Under the pieces are notes generated by a model. It was not told where the DNA came from and did not search any database. It was given only the letters and a program-made list of their open reading frames with translations. From an uncultured Acidobacteriota bacterium (GTDB taxonomy: Bacteria > Acidobacteriota > Blastocatellia > RBC074), in contig CAWCKY010000002.1 of assembly GCA_963796275.1 (NCBI GenBank), positions 416,001 through 480,000 of the forward strand: a stretch of DNA of 64,000 bases, read 5' to 3'. Shown one piece after another: positions 1-9,869 of the stretch. The position numbers and the translations under genes were made by a program. Positions within the stretch are counted from its first letter, which is position 1. Each line of letters opens with the position of its first letter.

Positions 1-642
1 GCCGGGCAGATGCGCGGCATGGTCGAGCTCTATGCCAATTTGCATAAAGCCAACGTCCCAATCGAAGCGCACTTCTTCGCCAGGGGCGTACACGGCGTAG
101 GCTTCGCGCAAGGCGATCCGGTATTGGGCGAATGGCCGTATCTGATGCATCGCTGGTTGACGGCGGGCGGCTGGTTGACGGACAAAGCGCGCGTGGCGCT
201 GAAAGGTGTGGTCAAACTTGATGGCGCGCCGCTAGTGCGCGGCGTCGTGATCTTGACGCCGGTAGATCAGCCCAATGCGCCTTCGGTAACGGCATACATC
301 ACGAATGCCCACACCAACGAACTCGGCTCATTCATCGTCAGTCAGGATCAAGGGCCAGTGCCGGGCCGCTATCGCGTAGAAGTGCGGCAAGATGCGACGC
401 GATGGATGAGCAATTCGCGCGATCCGTTGATGATCAAAATGATGTCCAAGCAGCGAGGCCGCACCTTGACTGAGGACGATCGCAAAGAATGGGGCGAATA
501 CATCCGCCGGCGCGACCTTTCGCCGAGCATCGAAAACCAGCGCGTTTTCAAGCGCCAGCGCCCACGTCACAATCACGATTACATCGTCGAAATCAAGGCG
601 GCTGGTGAAAATCAGTTGAGCGTCGATGTGTTCAGTAAATAG
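1..642 (+). CDS. 5'-partial alpha/beta-hydrolase (esterase-like) C-terminus fused to a carboxypeptidase-regulatory-like/planctomycete-type beta domain
   Basis: Frame open from the window edge. 'VPIEAHFFARGVHGVG...W' matches an esterase C-terminal His loop; 'LKGVVKLDGAPL..GVVILTP..GPVPGRYRVEV' matches the beta-sandwich domain. Stop TAG at 640-642. Confidence 0.6.
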   Translation, partial: AGQMRGMVELYANLHKANVPIEAHFFARGVHGVGFAQGDPVLGEWPYLMHRWLTAGGWLTDKARVALKGVVKLDGAPLVRGVVILTPVDQPNAPSVTAYITNAHTNELGSFIVSQDQGPVPGRYRVEVRQDATRWMSNSRDPLMIKMMSKQRGRTLTEDDRKEWGEYIRRRDLSPSIENQRVFKRQRPRHNHDYIVEIKAAGENQLSVDVFSK

Positions 643-700
643 TTTTTAGTTTTTAGTTTTTATATGTGTTGTCTTAGTCTGCAACTGAAAACTGAAAACT
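641..700. repeat. Inverted heptamer arrays (AGTTTTT)x3 ... (AACTGAA)x2.5
   Basis: Read directly; the two arrays are imperfect reverse complements that could form a hairpin. Confidence 0.7.
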
Positions 701-713
701 CATGAGGAGACGT

Positions 714-2003
714 ATGTCATTCAATATTCGTGCCTCCCTCTGCGCCATTCTGCTTTTTATAGGTGCAATAAACAGCCAAACGCAAAACGCGCCACGTTCC
801 GAAGTCGCTGGCATTGCGGTCAACTACGATGAGGCTCGAGTAGGTACCTACACGCTACCCGATCCACTGACGCTCAGTAATGGCAAGCCAGTGCGCGACG
901 CACAAACCTGGTACAAAAAGCGCCGCCCTGAGATCGTGCGATTGTTCGAGGAGAATCAGTTTGGCCGCAGTCCGGGGCGCCCCGCAGGAATGCGCTTCGA
1001 GCTATTCGATAAAGGCACCCCCGCCCTCGACGGCAAGGCCATTCGCAGGCAAGTCACAGTCCATTTTTCGTCCGACAAAAACGGGCCTAAGATGGATATG
1101 CTCCTCTACTTGCCGGCCGATGCGAAAAAACCGGTCCCGCTCCTGCTCAATCTAAGTTTCACCGCGAACTCCAACGCCGTTAACGATCCAGGCGTCAAAC
1201 CGGGGGAAATCTGGAACCGCGAAAAGAAGCGCGTGCCGGCGCCTAAGGACGGAAGGTTCGGCCGCCTGAATGTACTGCCGTTTCTGGCGCAGGGCTTCGG
1301 CGTCGCGACGGTATATTACGGCGATATCGATCCCGATTTTCTCGGCGGCATCCCGCACGGCGTGCGCGCCCTCTATCTCAAGCCCGGGCAGACTGAACCC
1401 GGCCCGAATGAATGGGGCGCGATTGGCGCGTGGGCGTGGGGTTTGAGCCGCGCACTCGATTATTTGGAGACCGATCGGAAGGTGGATGCCAAACGCGTCG
1501 CCATCGTGGGCGTGTCCCGACTCGGCAAAACCGTGCTCTGGGCGGGCGCGCACGATCCGCGTTTTGCGATGGTGATTGCCAGTTGTTCCGGCGAAGGCGG
1601 CGCCGCCGTCAGCCGTCGCAATTATGGCGAGACGATCAACCATCTGACGGAGCCGACTCGATATCCGTATCAGTTCTGTGCCAATTATGGAAAGTACGGC
1701 GCCCGCGTCCATGAATTTCCGATAGATGCGCATATGCTGTTGTCATTGATTGCACCGCGGCCCGTGTTGCTGCAAACAGGCGATACCGATGTCTGGTCTG
1801 ATCCGAAAGGCGAATTTCTGGCGGCAGTCGAGGCAGCGCCTGTTTTCAAATTACTCGGCAAACAGGCGCTCGACACCGAGCAAATGCCGGCCGCTGGGCA
1901 GCCGATTCTTCACACGCTCGGCTACATCATGCACGCGGGCGGACACGGCACAATTCCCGCCGATTGGGAACTGTTTCTGAAATTCATGCAGATGCACTTG
2001 TAG
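714..2003 (+). CDS. Secreted CE15-family glucuronoyl esterase / acetylxylan-esterase-like protein
   Basis: Signal peptide; 'GAIGAWAWGLSRALDYL', nucleophile elbow 'GVSRLGK', 'SGEGG', 'IAPRP', 'WSDPKG'. GAGGAG RBS before ATG 714 (alternative start 702). Confidence 0.85.
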   Translation: MSFNIRASLCAILLFIGAINSQTQNAPRSEVAGIAVNYDEARVGTYTLPDPLTLSNGKPVRDAQTWYKKRRPEIVRLFEENQFGRSPGRPAGMRFELFDKGTPALDGKAIRRQVTVHFSSDKNGPKMDMLLYLPADAKKPVPLLLNLSFTANSNAVNDPGVKPGEIWNREKKRVPAPKDGRFGRLNVLPFLAQGFGVATVYYGDIDPDFLGGIPHGVRALYLKPGQTEPGPNEWGAIGAWAWGLSRALDYLETDRKVDAKRVAIVGVSRLGKTVLWAGAHDPRFAMVIASCSGEGGAAVSRRNYGETINHLTEPTRYPYQFCANYGKYGARVHEFPIDAHMLLSLIAPRPVLLQTGDTDVWSDPKGEFLAAVEAAPVFKLLGKQALDTEQMPAAGQPILHTLGYIMHAGGHGTIPADWELFLKFMQMHL

Positions 2004-2058
2004 TAAATATCGATCGTTGGAGTTCGCGATCAATACTTGTCTCAGATACAATTATGGC

Positions 2059-3249
2059 ATGAAACGCACGGGAATCGCAGACCTTCCTCTCCATGGCGGG
2101 CGAGTTCCGCAATGGCTGGCCGAACGAATGACCAGACTTGGCACAGCTATCACGGAAACTATCGTTCGGGACTACGGCACCTCTGCTTTCCTCTCGCGTC
2201 TGAGCGATCCCTTCTGGTTCCAGGCGCTCGGATCTGTGATGGGGATGGACTGGCACTCCTCAGGAATAACCACGTCAGTTATGGGCGCCCTCAAGCGCGG
2301 CCTCGCTTCGCGGGGTGATGAACTCGGCATCTATATCTGCGGCGGCCGCGGAAGATTCTCTCGCCACACGCCGCATGAATTGCGGTCGATCGCCGAGCGT
2401 CGCGGCTTCGATGGCGAGGCGTTGGTCCGCGCCAGCCGGCTCACCGCGCGCGTCGACAACAATGCAATCGCCGACGGGTTTCAGATTTACCTCCACAGTT
2501 TCATCGTCACGTCAAACGGTGAGTGGGCGGTGGTTCAGCAGGGTTTGAATGATGGCAGCGGAATGGCACGCCGTTATCACTGGCACTCGGCTTCTGTCCG
2601 AGATTTCGTCGCCGAACCGCACACTGCAATAGTCGGAGAGAATCAGGGGATAATCATCAACCTCGTAGATGCTCAGGCCAAGCCCATACAGACCGCGATG
2701 CTCGACATCGCTCGCGAGAATCCGGCGACGACTCTGGGCGATGCACGCCATCTCGGCATGCCGCGCCATCACGATGTCCGTCGTGAAAATATCGACCTGA
2801 AACGACTCGGTGCGGTGCTCGCTATCGCATATGAGCGTGATCTCCACGACTTCGCCGAGCTCCTGCTCTTGGAGAAACTGGGTCCGCGCACTCTCCAGTC
2901 GCTCGCCTTGATCGCCGAGGTCGTACACGGCGCGCCAAGCCGCTTCACCGATCCGGCGCGTTTTTCATTTGCACACGGCGGCAAGGATCGCCATCCATTC
3001 CCTGTCCCGCTGAAGACCTACGATGAATCCCTCAATTTCCTCAGAACCTCGCTCGAGGCAGCGAGGATCGGCGATGGAGAGAAACTCGACGGCTTTCGTC
3101 GCCTCGAACGCTTCGCCCGCACGGTCGAAACCGAGCTCGAACCGAAAGCCGATTTCGATGCTGCCATCGCATACGAAAACGCGATCTCTCCCTCGTTCGA
3201 CGGCCGTTCAGTTTTCGACGTCAAACCGAGGCAGGGATCACTTTTCTGA
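2059..3249 (+). CDS. DUF763 family protein
   Basis: 'ADLPLHGGRVPQWL..RM', 'SDPFWFQALGSVMGMDWHSSGITT', 'SFAHGGKDRHPFPV' are characteristic of the family. Confidence 0.88.
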   Translation: MKRTGIADLPLHGGRVPQWLAERMTRLGTAITETIVRDYGTSAFLSRLSDPFWFQALGSVMGMDWHSSGITTSVMGALKRGLASRGDELGIYICGGRGRFSRHTPHELRSIAERRGFDGEALVRASRLTARVDNNAIADGFQIYLHSFIVTSNGEWAVVQQGLNDGSGMARRYHWHSASVRDFVAEPHTAIVGENQGIIINLVDAQAKPIQTAMLDIARENPATTLGDARHLGMPRHHDVRRENIDLKRLGAVLAIAYERDLHDFAELLLLEKLGPRTLQSLALIAEVVHGAPSRFTDPARFSFAHGGKDRHPFPVPLKTYDESLNFLRTSLEAARIGDGEKLDGFRRLERFARTVETELEPKADFDAAIAYENAISPSFDGRSVFDVKPRQGSLF

Positions 3250-3298
3250 GTTCAAGTAACAATACATACAGAATGAACCGATCACCTTGGAGGAAGCC

Positions 3299-4906
3299 AT
3301 GAAAGAGACATTGAATACAACTCTCGCGCCGGCTGGTGTCGAGATCAAGGGCCCGGTCACCGGGCAGTATGCGGAGGTATTGACGGAACAGGCTCTGGCA
3401 TTTCTCGCGCAACTTGCCCGGAAATTCGAGAACCGCAGACGTGATTTGCTTGAACGAAGAGCCGTACGCCAACGCGAGATATCCGCTGGTCAGCTTCCCG
3501 GTTTCCTCTCTGCCACGCGTGAGATCAGAGAGGCCGAATGGACCGTTGCGCCGATACCGGCCGACCTGCAAGACCGACGGGTTGAGATCACCGGGCCAGT
3601 CGACCGGAAGATGATCATCAACGCCCTCAATTCGGGGGCTAACGTTTTCATGGCCGACCTCGAGGACTCCCATACGCCCACCTGGGATAACAGCCTTCAG
3701 GGCCAGATCAATCTGAGAGACGCGGTTAATCGCACCATTACATTCATTAGCCCGGAGGGGAAGAACTATCAGCTGGCAGACAAGGTGGCTACGTTGATGG
3801 TGAGGCCCAGGGGCTGGCACATGGTGGAGCGGCGCCTGTTCGTCGATGGCAATCCGATCTCGGGCTCGCTTTTTGATTTCGGTCTGTTCTTCTTTCACAA
3901 CGCGAAGAGACTGGTGGAACGGGGCTCTGGCCCGTATTTCTATCTGCCCAAGCTGGAAAGCCATTTCGAAGCGAGGCTTTGGAACGACGTCTTCAATTTT
4001 GCGCAGGATGAGCTTGGGCTTGCGAGGGGGACGATCCGCGCCACGGTCCTCATTGAAACTATCCTCGCCGCATTCGAGATGGATGAGATACTGTATGAGC
4101 TGCGAGAACACTCGGCGGGGCTGAACTGCGGCCGGTGGGATTACATTTTCAGCTTCATCAAAAAGTTTCGCGACCAGCCGGAGTTCCTCTTACCCGACCG
4201 TTCACGGGTCACGATGGATCGTGATTTTCTAGCAGCCTACGTTCAGCTTTTGATCAAGACCTGTCACCGGCGCGGGATTCATGCCATGGGTGGGATGGCC
4301 GCGCAAATTCCGATTAAGAACGACGCGGCTGCCAACGCGCGCGCTCTCGACAAGGTCAGACAGGACAAATTGCGAGAAGTCGATGCCGGCCACGATGGGA
4401 CATGGGTGGCGCATCCGGGCCTGGTCGCGGTGGCGAAAGAGATATTCGACGAACGGATGAAGGAGTCTAACCAAATACGAACGCTCCGGAAAAATGTGGA
4501 AATATCAGCCAAAGACCTGTTGAGGGCCACCCAAGATGAGATTACGGAGGAGGGACTGCGCCTCAATATTGATGTCGGCATTCAATACCTGGAATCCTGG
4601 CTGCGTGGGATCGGCTGTGTTCCTATCTACAATTTGATGGAAGATGCAGCTACCGCCGAAATCTGCCGCGCCCAGGTCTGGCAGTGGATCAAGCACGGGG
4701 CCCGGATAAACGACGGGCGCACTATTACGCAGGTACTGGTCAGAAAGGCCATTGCCGAGGAGTTGGAGAAGCTTAAAGCGCTTCAAGCCGCGGCCGGAAA
4801 TGAATCGCACAAGTTCGATCTGGCGGCCGAGCTTTTCGAACAGATCACTACGGGGACTGAGTTTCCCGAATTTATGACTCTCATCTCTTACGAACATATC
4901 GCTTGA
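3299..4906 (+). CDS. aceB: Malate synthase A
   Basis: 'DRRVEITGP', 'VRPRGWH', 'GPYFYLPKLESH', 'LNCGRWDYIFS', 'HAMGGMAAQIP', 'GHDGTWVAHP', 'LMEDAATAEI'; GGAGG RBS. Confidence 0.97.
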   Translation: MKETLNTTLAPAGVEIKGPVTGQYAEVLTEQALAFLAQLARKFENRRRDLLERRAVRQREISAGQLPGFLSATREIREAEWTVAPIPADLQDRRVEITGPVDRKMIINALNSGANVFMADLEDSHTPTWDNSLQGQINLRDAVNRTITFISPEGKNYQLADKVATLMVRPRGWHMVERRLFVDGNPISGSLFDFGLFFFHNAKRLVERGSGPYFYLPKLESHFEARLWNDVFNFAQDELGLARGTIRATVLIETILAAFEMDEILYELREHSAGLNCGRWDYIFSFIKKFRDQPEFLLPDRSRVTMDRDFLAAYVQLLIKTCHRRGIHAMGGMAAQIPIKNDAAANARALDKVRQDKLREVDAGHDGTWVAHPGLVAVAKEIFDERMKESNQIRTLRKNVEISAKDLLRATQDEITEEGLRLNIDVGIQYLESWLRGIGCVPIYNLMEDAATAEICRAQVWQWIKHGARINDGRTITQVLVRKAIAEELEKLKALQAAAGNESHKFDLAAELFEQITTGTEFPEFMTLISYEHIA

Positions 4907-4985
4907 GAAATGACCAGCACGATACGGGTCTCTTAATAATGCTGTTTGCGCTTCGTCTACTGAAGCCGAGAAGCGATTACTCCCA

Positions 4986-5009
4986 CCGAGTTTTTATCCG
5001 AAAACTCGG
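4986..5009 (+). terminator. Hairpin downstream of aceB
   Basis: CCGAGTTTT-tatccg-AAAACTCGG inverted repeat. Confidence 0.5.
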
Positions 5010-5361
5010 CTGATAAAATTTTGTGTAGATAGAAAGTCCATAAGAACAAAAATATAATCTAAATATATAGGATCGGCTCCGGCGATATGTTGCTTTTCGC
5101 TCATCTCATGGCTAATATAAAATTTATAGTCAAAACGAAGCTCGGTAGCCTGTTGATTTAAGCACCACCCCTGGCTCGATCCGATGCCGCTTCAAGATTG
5201 AATTATTGGGCGAAGGACTGTTCAATGCCCATAATTTCATTACTTGGCTATTCTCAGTCAGTCGATACTGGCAATCGGATTCTAAGATTCTCTAAACCAA
5301 GCCGGATACAATCGCGGTTTGCTTGTATCCAATTTCCCCAACAATACATAGGAGGTTATTG

Positions 5362-8214
5362 ATGAGACCATGTGTGAGATTCCTTCCCATAGTACTGGTT
5401 GCGCTAGCTTTAGTGACCAGTAGTTCAAATACCATCTTACGCAAAGCCATCGCACAGCAAAACGAGGCACAGTTGAGTGCTGCAGGACAACAACAGATCA
5501 ATGCCCTGCTCAGGGAAAAATCTTCGCGTAACACCGCGCAGAAAAAGCTGAACTCGCAACTAATCTATGCGGCGAAAGCGCAGCGCGGCGAACCGATGAC
5601 CGCCGGCGGTGAAGTCAGTACGATGCGTTCAGCCACGGACGCGGCTAGACTCGATGACAGGGGCCGTGTACTCGTCGATATTAAAGCTGTTGTCAGTAGG
5701 CAGTTACTGGCGAACATCGAGAAGCTCGGAGGAGAGATCAAATATGTCTCGGAAAGGGCCGGGTCGATTAATGCTCTCCTGCCGCTCGATACATTGGAAG
5801 AACTGGCGGGTGCTCCGGCTATCAAGTCAATTAGCCCGGCCGCAAGGGCTGTTACTAACCGTCAGGTTACCGGCTCTGGCTTAAAAGGGACGGCATCACC
5901 GCTTCGAATAAACACCTTTCGCCCCAATTTCGACCAACGTGCGATGAATGTTCGCGCGCAGCTTCCCGCAGCTCTCGCAAAAGTCGGGCGAACAGCGAAT
6001 ATACAGGGCCCGGTGACCAATACCGGGAGCATAAATTCACAGGGCGATGTGGCCCACAACGCTGTGATGGCGCGCAATTTCTTCGGCGTTGACGGAACCG
6101 GGGTCAAGATCGGCGTTCTCTCAGATAGCGTCGATTTCCTGGCGCAATCGATCGCCACCGGCAACTTGCCTCCGGACGTGACGGTTCTGCCTGGCCAGAG
6201 CGGCATTCCAGGCATCGGCGAGGGTACGGCTATGCTCGAGATCATCCACGACCTGGCGCCCGGCGCCAAGCTCTTCTTCGCAACCGCCTTCATCAGCCTC
6301 GGAAGCTTCGCCGATAACATCCGCGCCCTACGCGCTGCGGGCTGCGACATAATCGTCGATGATATCATTTACTTCGTCGAATCGCCGTTTCATGACGACA
6401 TAGTTTCAACAGCGGTAGAGGAGGTTGTCGCAGATGGCGCACTCTATTTCTCCTCTGCCGGCAATGAAGGAAACAGGAACGACGGGACGTCCGGAACCTG
6501 GGAAGGCGACTTCAAAGACTCCGGAGCATCGCTCCCTTCCCTCCCCGGTGGCACGCTCCACGACTTCGGCAAGGGGGCCATCTCTAATTTCGTTACAGTC
6601 GGCTCTCCGAATGTTCTGACGCTGCACTGGTCTGATCCTCTCGGCGGATCGGACAATGACTACGACCTATTCATTATGGACAGAACGCTGACCACGGTGG
6701 TGGCGGCCTCAACTACCGTACAAGACGGCGATGATGACCCCCTCGAAATAACGCCAGGCGCGCCTGCGGGTACGCGCGTCATCATTTTCAAGGCGGAGGG
6801 AGCACAGCAACGTGCCATACATCTGAACAATTTTCGCGGCGAGTTGGGGGTCACGACAACCGGCACGATCCGCGGCCACGCTGCTGCCGCCGGCGCCTAC
6901 GGTTTGGCGGCGATTGACGTGGCGCTCGCTGGTAGCGGCACGTTTCCCGGCGGCCCGACCAATTTCGTCGAAGACTTCAGCGCCGACGGCCCGCGTCGAA
7001 TATTTTATAAATCCGATGGTACACCTTTTACGCCGGGCAACCTGTTGTTCGGCAGCAATGGCGGAGAGGTGCGCAAGAAACCTGATCTGACCGCAGCCGA
7101 TGGCGTCGCGACCAGCGTGCCCACTTTTCCCTCATTCTTTGGCACTTCGGCTGCCGCACCGCACGCAGCAGCAATTGCCGCATTGCTCAAATCCGCCAGA
7201 CCGGGGATATCGCAAAACAGGATTCGACAGGCGCTCACCAAAACAGCTATCGATATTGAAGCGCCCGGCTTTGATCGCGACTCCGGAGCCGGTATCGTAG
7301 ACGCGTTCGCCGCGTTGCTATTTATCAATGCGAGGCCATCGCCATCTCTGAACGTCGGAACGGTAGCAGTGACGGCAGTCGGCGGAGACGGTGACAACTT
7401 TATCGAACCGGGCGAGGGAGGCACGATTTCTGTCACGCTGACCAATCTCGGTGGTGCGACGGCGCTCGGCATCAGCTCGACGATCACGACATCAGTTCCA
7501 GGTGTCACCATCACGTCCGCATCTTCCACCTATCCGAACATAGGATCCAATGGCCAGAGTGCGACCAACCCCATTCCGTTCACTTTCACTCTCGCCGACA
7601 ACGCGCCATGTGCTCTGTTGATCGACTTTACTATAACGGTTAACTACGCCAACAGCCCCAACGGACCGTTAACATCAACCTTCCAAGTTCAGACGGGAGA
7701 ACCAACCGATACGGTCGTCAGTTATACGGGACCGCCAGTAGTGATTCCCAGTGCTACCGTCGGCACTATCAGTATCCCGATTGAAGTCAGCGGCCTTTCG
7801 AGCGCCATCGGTGACCTCAATTTCAGCTTTGATGGAACTGGTTGTACGAGTGACATCGGCGCGACAACGGTGGGTCTAGACCACACCTGGGTCGGCGACC
7901 TTGTTATCACACTGACCTCGCCGCAGGGTACCGTCGTCACGCTGATGAGTAATCCAGGTAGCGCTAATAACAGTGGGAACAACTTTTGCAACACTGTGCT
8001 CGACGACAGCGCTACTGCGTTGATTCAAAGCATTTCGCCCACCGGCGCGCCCTACACTGGCACATTCAAGCCGGCCAGCCCGCTCGCGGCATTCACAGGA
8101 GAGAATGGGAACGGCGTGTGGACTTTGAGTATCTCCGACGTATTTCCTGCCGATGGCGGCAACTTGCGTGCGTTCTCGTTATCAATTAGAACTTTTACGT
8201 GTAGCGGTCCCTAA
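5362..8214 (+). CDS. Secreted S8/S53-like serine protease with propeptide, Ig-like domain and C-terminal proprotein-convertase P domain
   Basis: Signal peptide; 'GVKIGVLSDS', 'GEGTAMLEIIHDLAPGA', 'SAGN', 'FFGTSAAAPHAA'; P domain 'HTWVGDLVITLTSPQGT..GVWTLSISD'. GGAGG RBS before ATG 5362. Confidence 0.88.
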   Translation: MRPCVRFLPIVLVALALVTSSSNTILRKAIAQQNEAQLSAAGQQQINALLREKSSRNTAQKKLNSQLIYAAKAQRGEPMTAGGEVSTMRSATDAARLDDRGRVLVDIKAVVSRQLLANIEKLGGEIKYVSERAGSINALLPLDTLEELAGAPAIKSISPAARAVTNRQVTGSGLKGTASPLRINTFRPNFDQRAMNVRAQLPAALAKVGRTANIQGPVTNTGSINSQGDVAHNAVMARNFFGVDGTGVKIGVLSDSVDFLAQSIATGNLPPDVTVLPGQSGIPGIGEGTAMLEIIHDLAPGAKLFFATAFISLGSFADNIRALRAAGCDIIVDDIIYFVESPFHDDIVSTAVEEVVADGALYFSSAGNEGNRNDGTSGTWEGDFKDSGASLPSLPGGTLHDFGKGAISNFVTVGSPNVLTLHWSDPLGGSDNDYDLFIMDRTLTTVVAASTTVQDGDDDPLEITPGAPAGTRVIIFKAEGAQQRAIHLNNFRGELGVTTTGTIRGHAAAAGAYGLAAIDVALAGSGTFPGGPTNFVEDFSADGPRRIFYKSDGTPFTPGNLLFGSNGGEVRKKPDLTAADGVATSVPTFPSFFGTSAAAPHAAAIAALLKSARPGISQNRIRQALTKTAIDIEAPGFDRDSGAGIVDAFAALLFINARPSPSLNVGTVAVTAVGGDGDNFIEPGEGGTISVTLTNLGGATALGISSTITTSVPGVTITSASSTYPNIGSNGQSATNPIPFTFTLADNAPCALLIDFTITVNYANSPNGPLTSTFQVQTGEPTDTVVSYTGPPVVIPSATVGTISIPIEVSGLSSAIGDLNFSFDGTGCTSDIGATTVGLDHTWVGDLVITLTSPQGTVVTLMSNPGSANNSGNNFCNTVLDDSATALIQSISPTGAPYTGTFKPASPLAAFTGENGNGVWTLSISDVFPADGGNLRAFSLSIRTFTCSGP

Positions 8215-8221
8215 AATAAAA

Positions 8222-8317
8222 CCTCACGCAAAGCCGTAAAGGCACAAGGCTAAAAAGAGAAAGAAGCACGTTTATCTCATTGCTTCTTTCTCTGCGCCTT
8301 TGCGGCGTTGCGTGAGG
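8222..8317. repeat. Long imperfect inverted repeat (REP-like / bidirectional terminator)
   Basis: CCTCACGCAAAGCCGTAAAGGCAC..AGAGAAAGAAGCA paired with TGCTTCTTTCTCTGCGCCTTTGCGGCGTTGCGTGAGG, between convergent genes. Confidence 0.75.
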
Positions 8318-8384
8318 CATTCTCAAAACATTTTTACCGACTTTTCACCGAAACGCCTGTGCGCATACCCAATCCACGCCCGGT

Positions 8385-9818
8385 TCAGGCCAGCAACTCA
8401 TTCAACACGTGCCCGTGCACATCCGTCAGCCGGCGGTTCGTTCCGTTGTGATAGTAGGTCAACCTCTCGTGATCCAAGCCCAATAGATGCAAAACCGTCG
8501 CATAAAAATCATATACTGTTGTTAAATTTTCGACTGCGCGCCGCCCGAATTCATCGGTCGCGCCATAACTGACGCCCCCTTTGATCCCCGCTCCCATCAT
8601 CCATACAGTGAATCCATCCGGGTTGTGATCGCGCCCCGTCGTCCCTTCCTGATGCGTCGGCATACGACCAAATTCCGTCGTCCATAGCACGAGCGTATCT
8701 TTGAGCATGCCGCGCTGTTTCAAATCGGTCAGCAACGCGGCTGTGGGTTGGTCGAAGATCGGGCAGTGGCGCTCGTAATCGGTCTTGAGGGTGCGATGGG
8801 CATCCCAGTTCAACAATCCATCAATGCCGCTCGCCCGAGATGCGCAATAAAGACTGACATAACGCACGCCGCGTTCCAGCAGACGCCGCGCGAACAGACA
8901 ATTGCGTGCGTACGCAGCCTTCAGCGCGTTGCTATCGGCAGTGCCATAGAGTTTGTGCACATGCGTCGGCTCACTAGCGAGATCAGCCGTTTCGGGGGCT
9001 GCAAGTTGCATCTTCGCGGCAAGCTCATATGCTGACATTCGCGCACGCAATTCGCTTTCACCCGGATGGCGCACGGCGTGCCCATCATTCAGCCGCCGCA
9101 AAAAATCGCGCGTCGCCAGCTCTTCCGCTTCGGTAATCTGCGCCGGGCGATTCAGATTGCGGAGCGGCTGATGCGCCGCCAGCATCACGGCCTGATGTTG
9201 GGCCGGCAAAAAACCGCTCGTCCAATTCGCCTTGCCGTTAGGCGGTTCGCCTCGCACATCAGTGACCGCAACGAAAGTCGGCAAATTGTCGTTGAGGCTG
9301 CCGAGCGCGTAACTCGCCCAAGCGCCAGCGGCGGGAAAGCCTTCGCGCACAAACCCCGTGTTCATAAAGACGCTGGCCGGCCCATGTGTATTGGAGCGCG
9401 AGGTCATCGAGTGAATAAAAGCAATCTCGTCGGCGTGGCGCGCCACCTGGGGCAGCAGCGTCGAAATCGGCTTACCGCTCCGGCCCGCGGGCTCAAAAGG
9501 CCAAGGCGATTTCATCAGATTGCCGTTCTTCCCTTGAAAAGTGACCTCCCGCTCGGCGCCGGGCAACGGCGTGCCGTCGTATTTCGCGAGCGCCGGTTTG
9601 TAATCCCACAAATCCACGTGTGAAGCAGCGCCGGGACAGAATATTTGTAAGACCTGTTTCGCCTTGTGCGCGTGATGCTGAATATTTTGGGCGGCGACCA
9701 ACTCTTCGCCCAGCAAATCGATCAACGCTACGCCAGCCAAACCGGTCGCGGTATCGCGGAGAAAATGGCGGCGCGTCAGAGCAAGCGGAGAAAGAGCATC
9801 CATATGTTTCTGTTCCAT
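8385..9818 (-). CDS. DUF1501 family protein (Tat-exported, sulfatase-like)
   Basis: 'TRRHFL' Tat motif; 'AKQVLQIFCPGAASHVDLWDYKP', 'ARRLLERGVRYV', 'WDAH', 'EFGRMP', 'GRDHNP', 'GATDEFG'. Confidence 0.92.
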   Translation of the reverse strand: MEQKHMDALSPLALTRRHFLRDTATGLAGVALIDLLGEELVAAQNIQHHAHKAKQVLQIFCPGAASHVDLWDYKPALAKYDGTPLPGAEREVTFQGKNGNLMKSPWPFEPAGRSGKPISTLLPQVARHADEIAFIHSMTSRSNTHGPASVFMNTGFVREGFPAAGAWASYALGSLNDNLPTFVAVTDVRGEPPNGKANWTSGFLPAQHQAVMLAAHQPLRNLNRPAQITEAEELATRDFLRRLNDGHAVRHPGESELRARMSAYELAAKMQLAAPETADLASEPTHVHKLYGTADSNALKAAYARNCLFARRLLERGVRYVSLYCASRASGIDGLLNWDAHRTLKTDYERHCPIFDQPTAALLTDLKQRGMLKDTLVLWTTEFGRMPTHQEGTTGRDHNPDGFTVWMMGAGIKGGVSYGATDEFGRRAVENLTTVYDFYATVLHLLGLDHERLTYYHNGTNRRLTDVHGHVLNELLA

Positions 9819-9869
9819 ATTTCTCTATTACGAAATCAGCTCATTCATCAAATGGTTCAATGATTGGTT

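Noticed and set aside
3221-4111. Long antisense ORFs (e.g. 3221-4111, 11394-12158, 14687-15424, 41146-41952, 46003-46638, 60408-61232)
   Set aside because: Shadow frames opposite well-supported genes, typical of GC-rich DNA, with no recognisable motifs.
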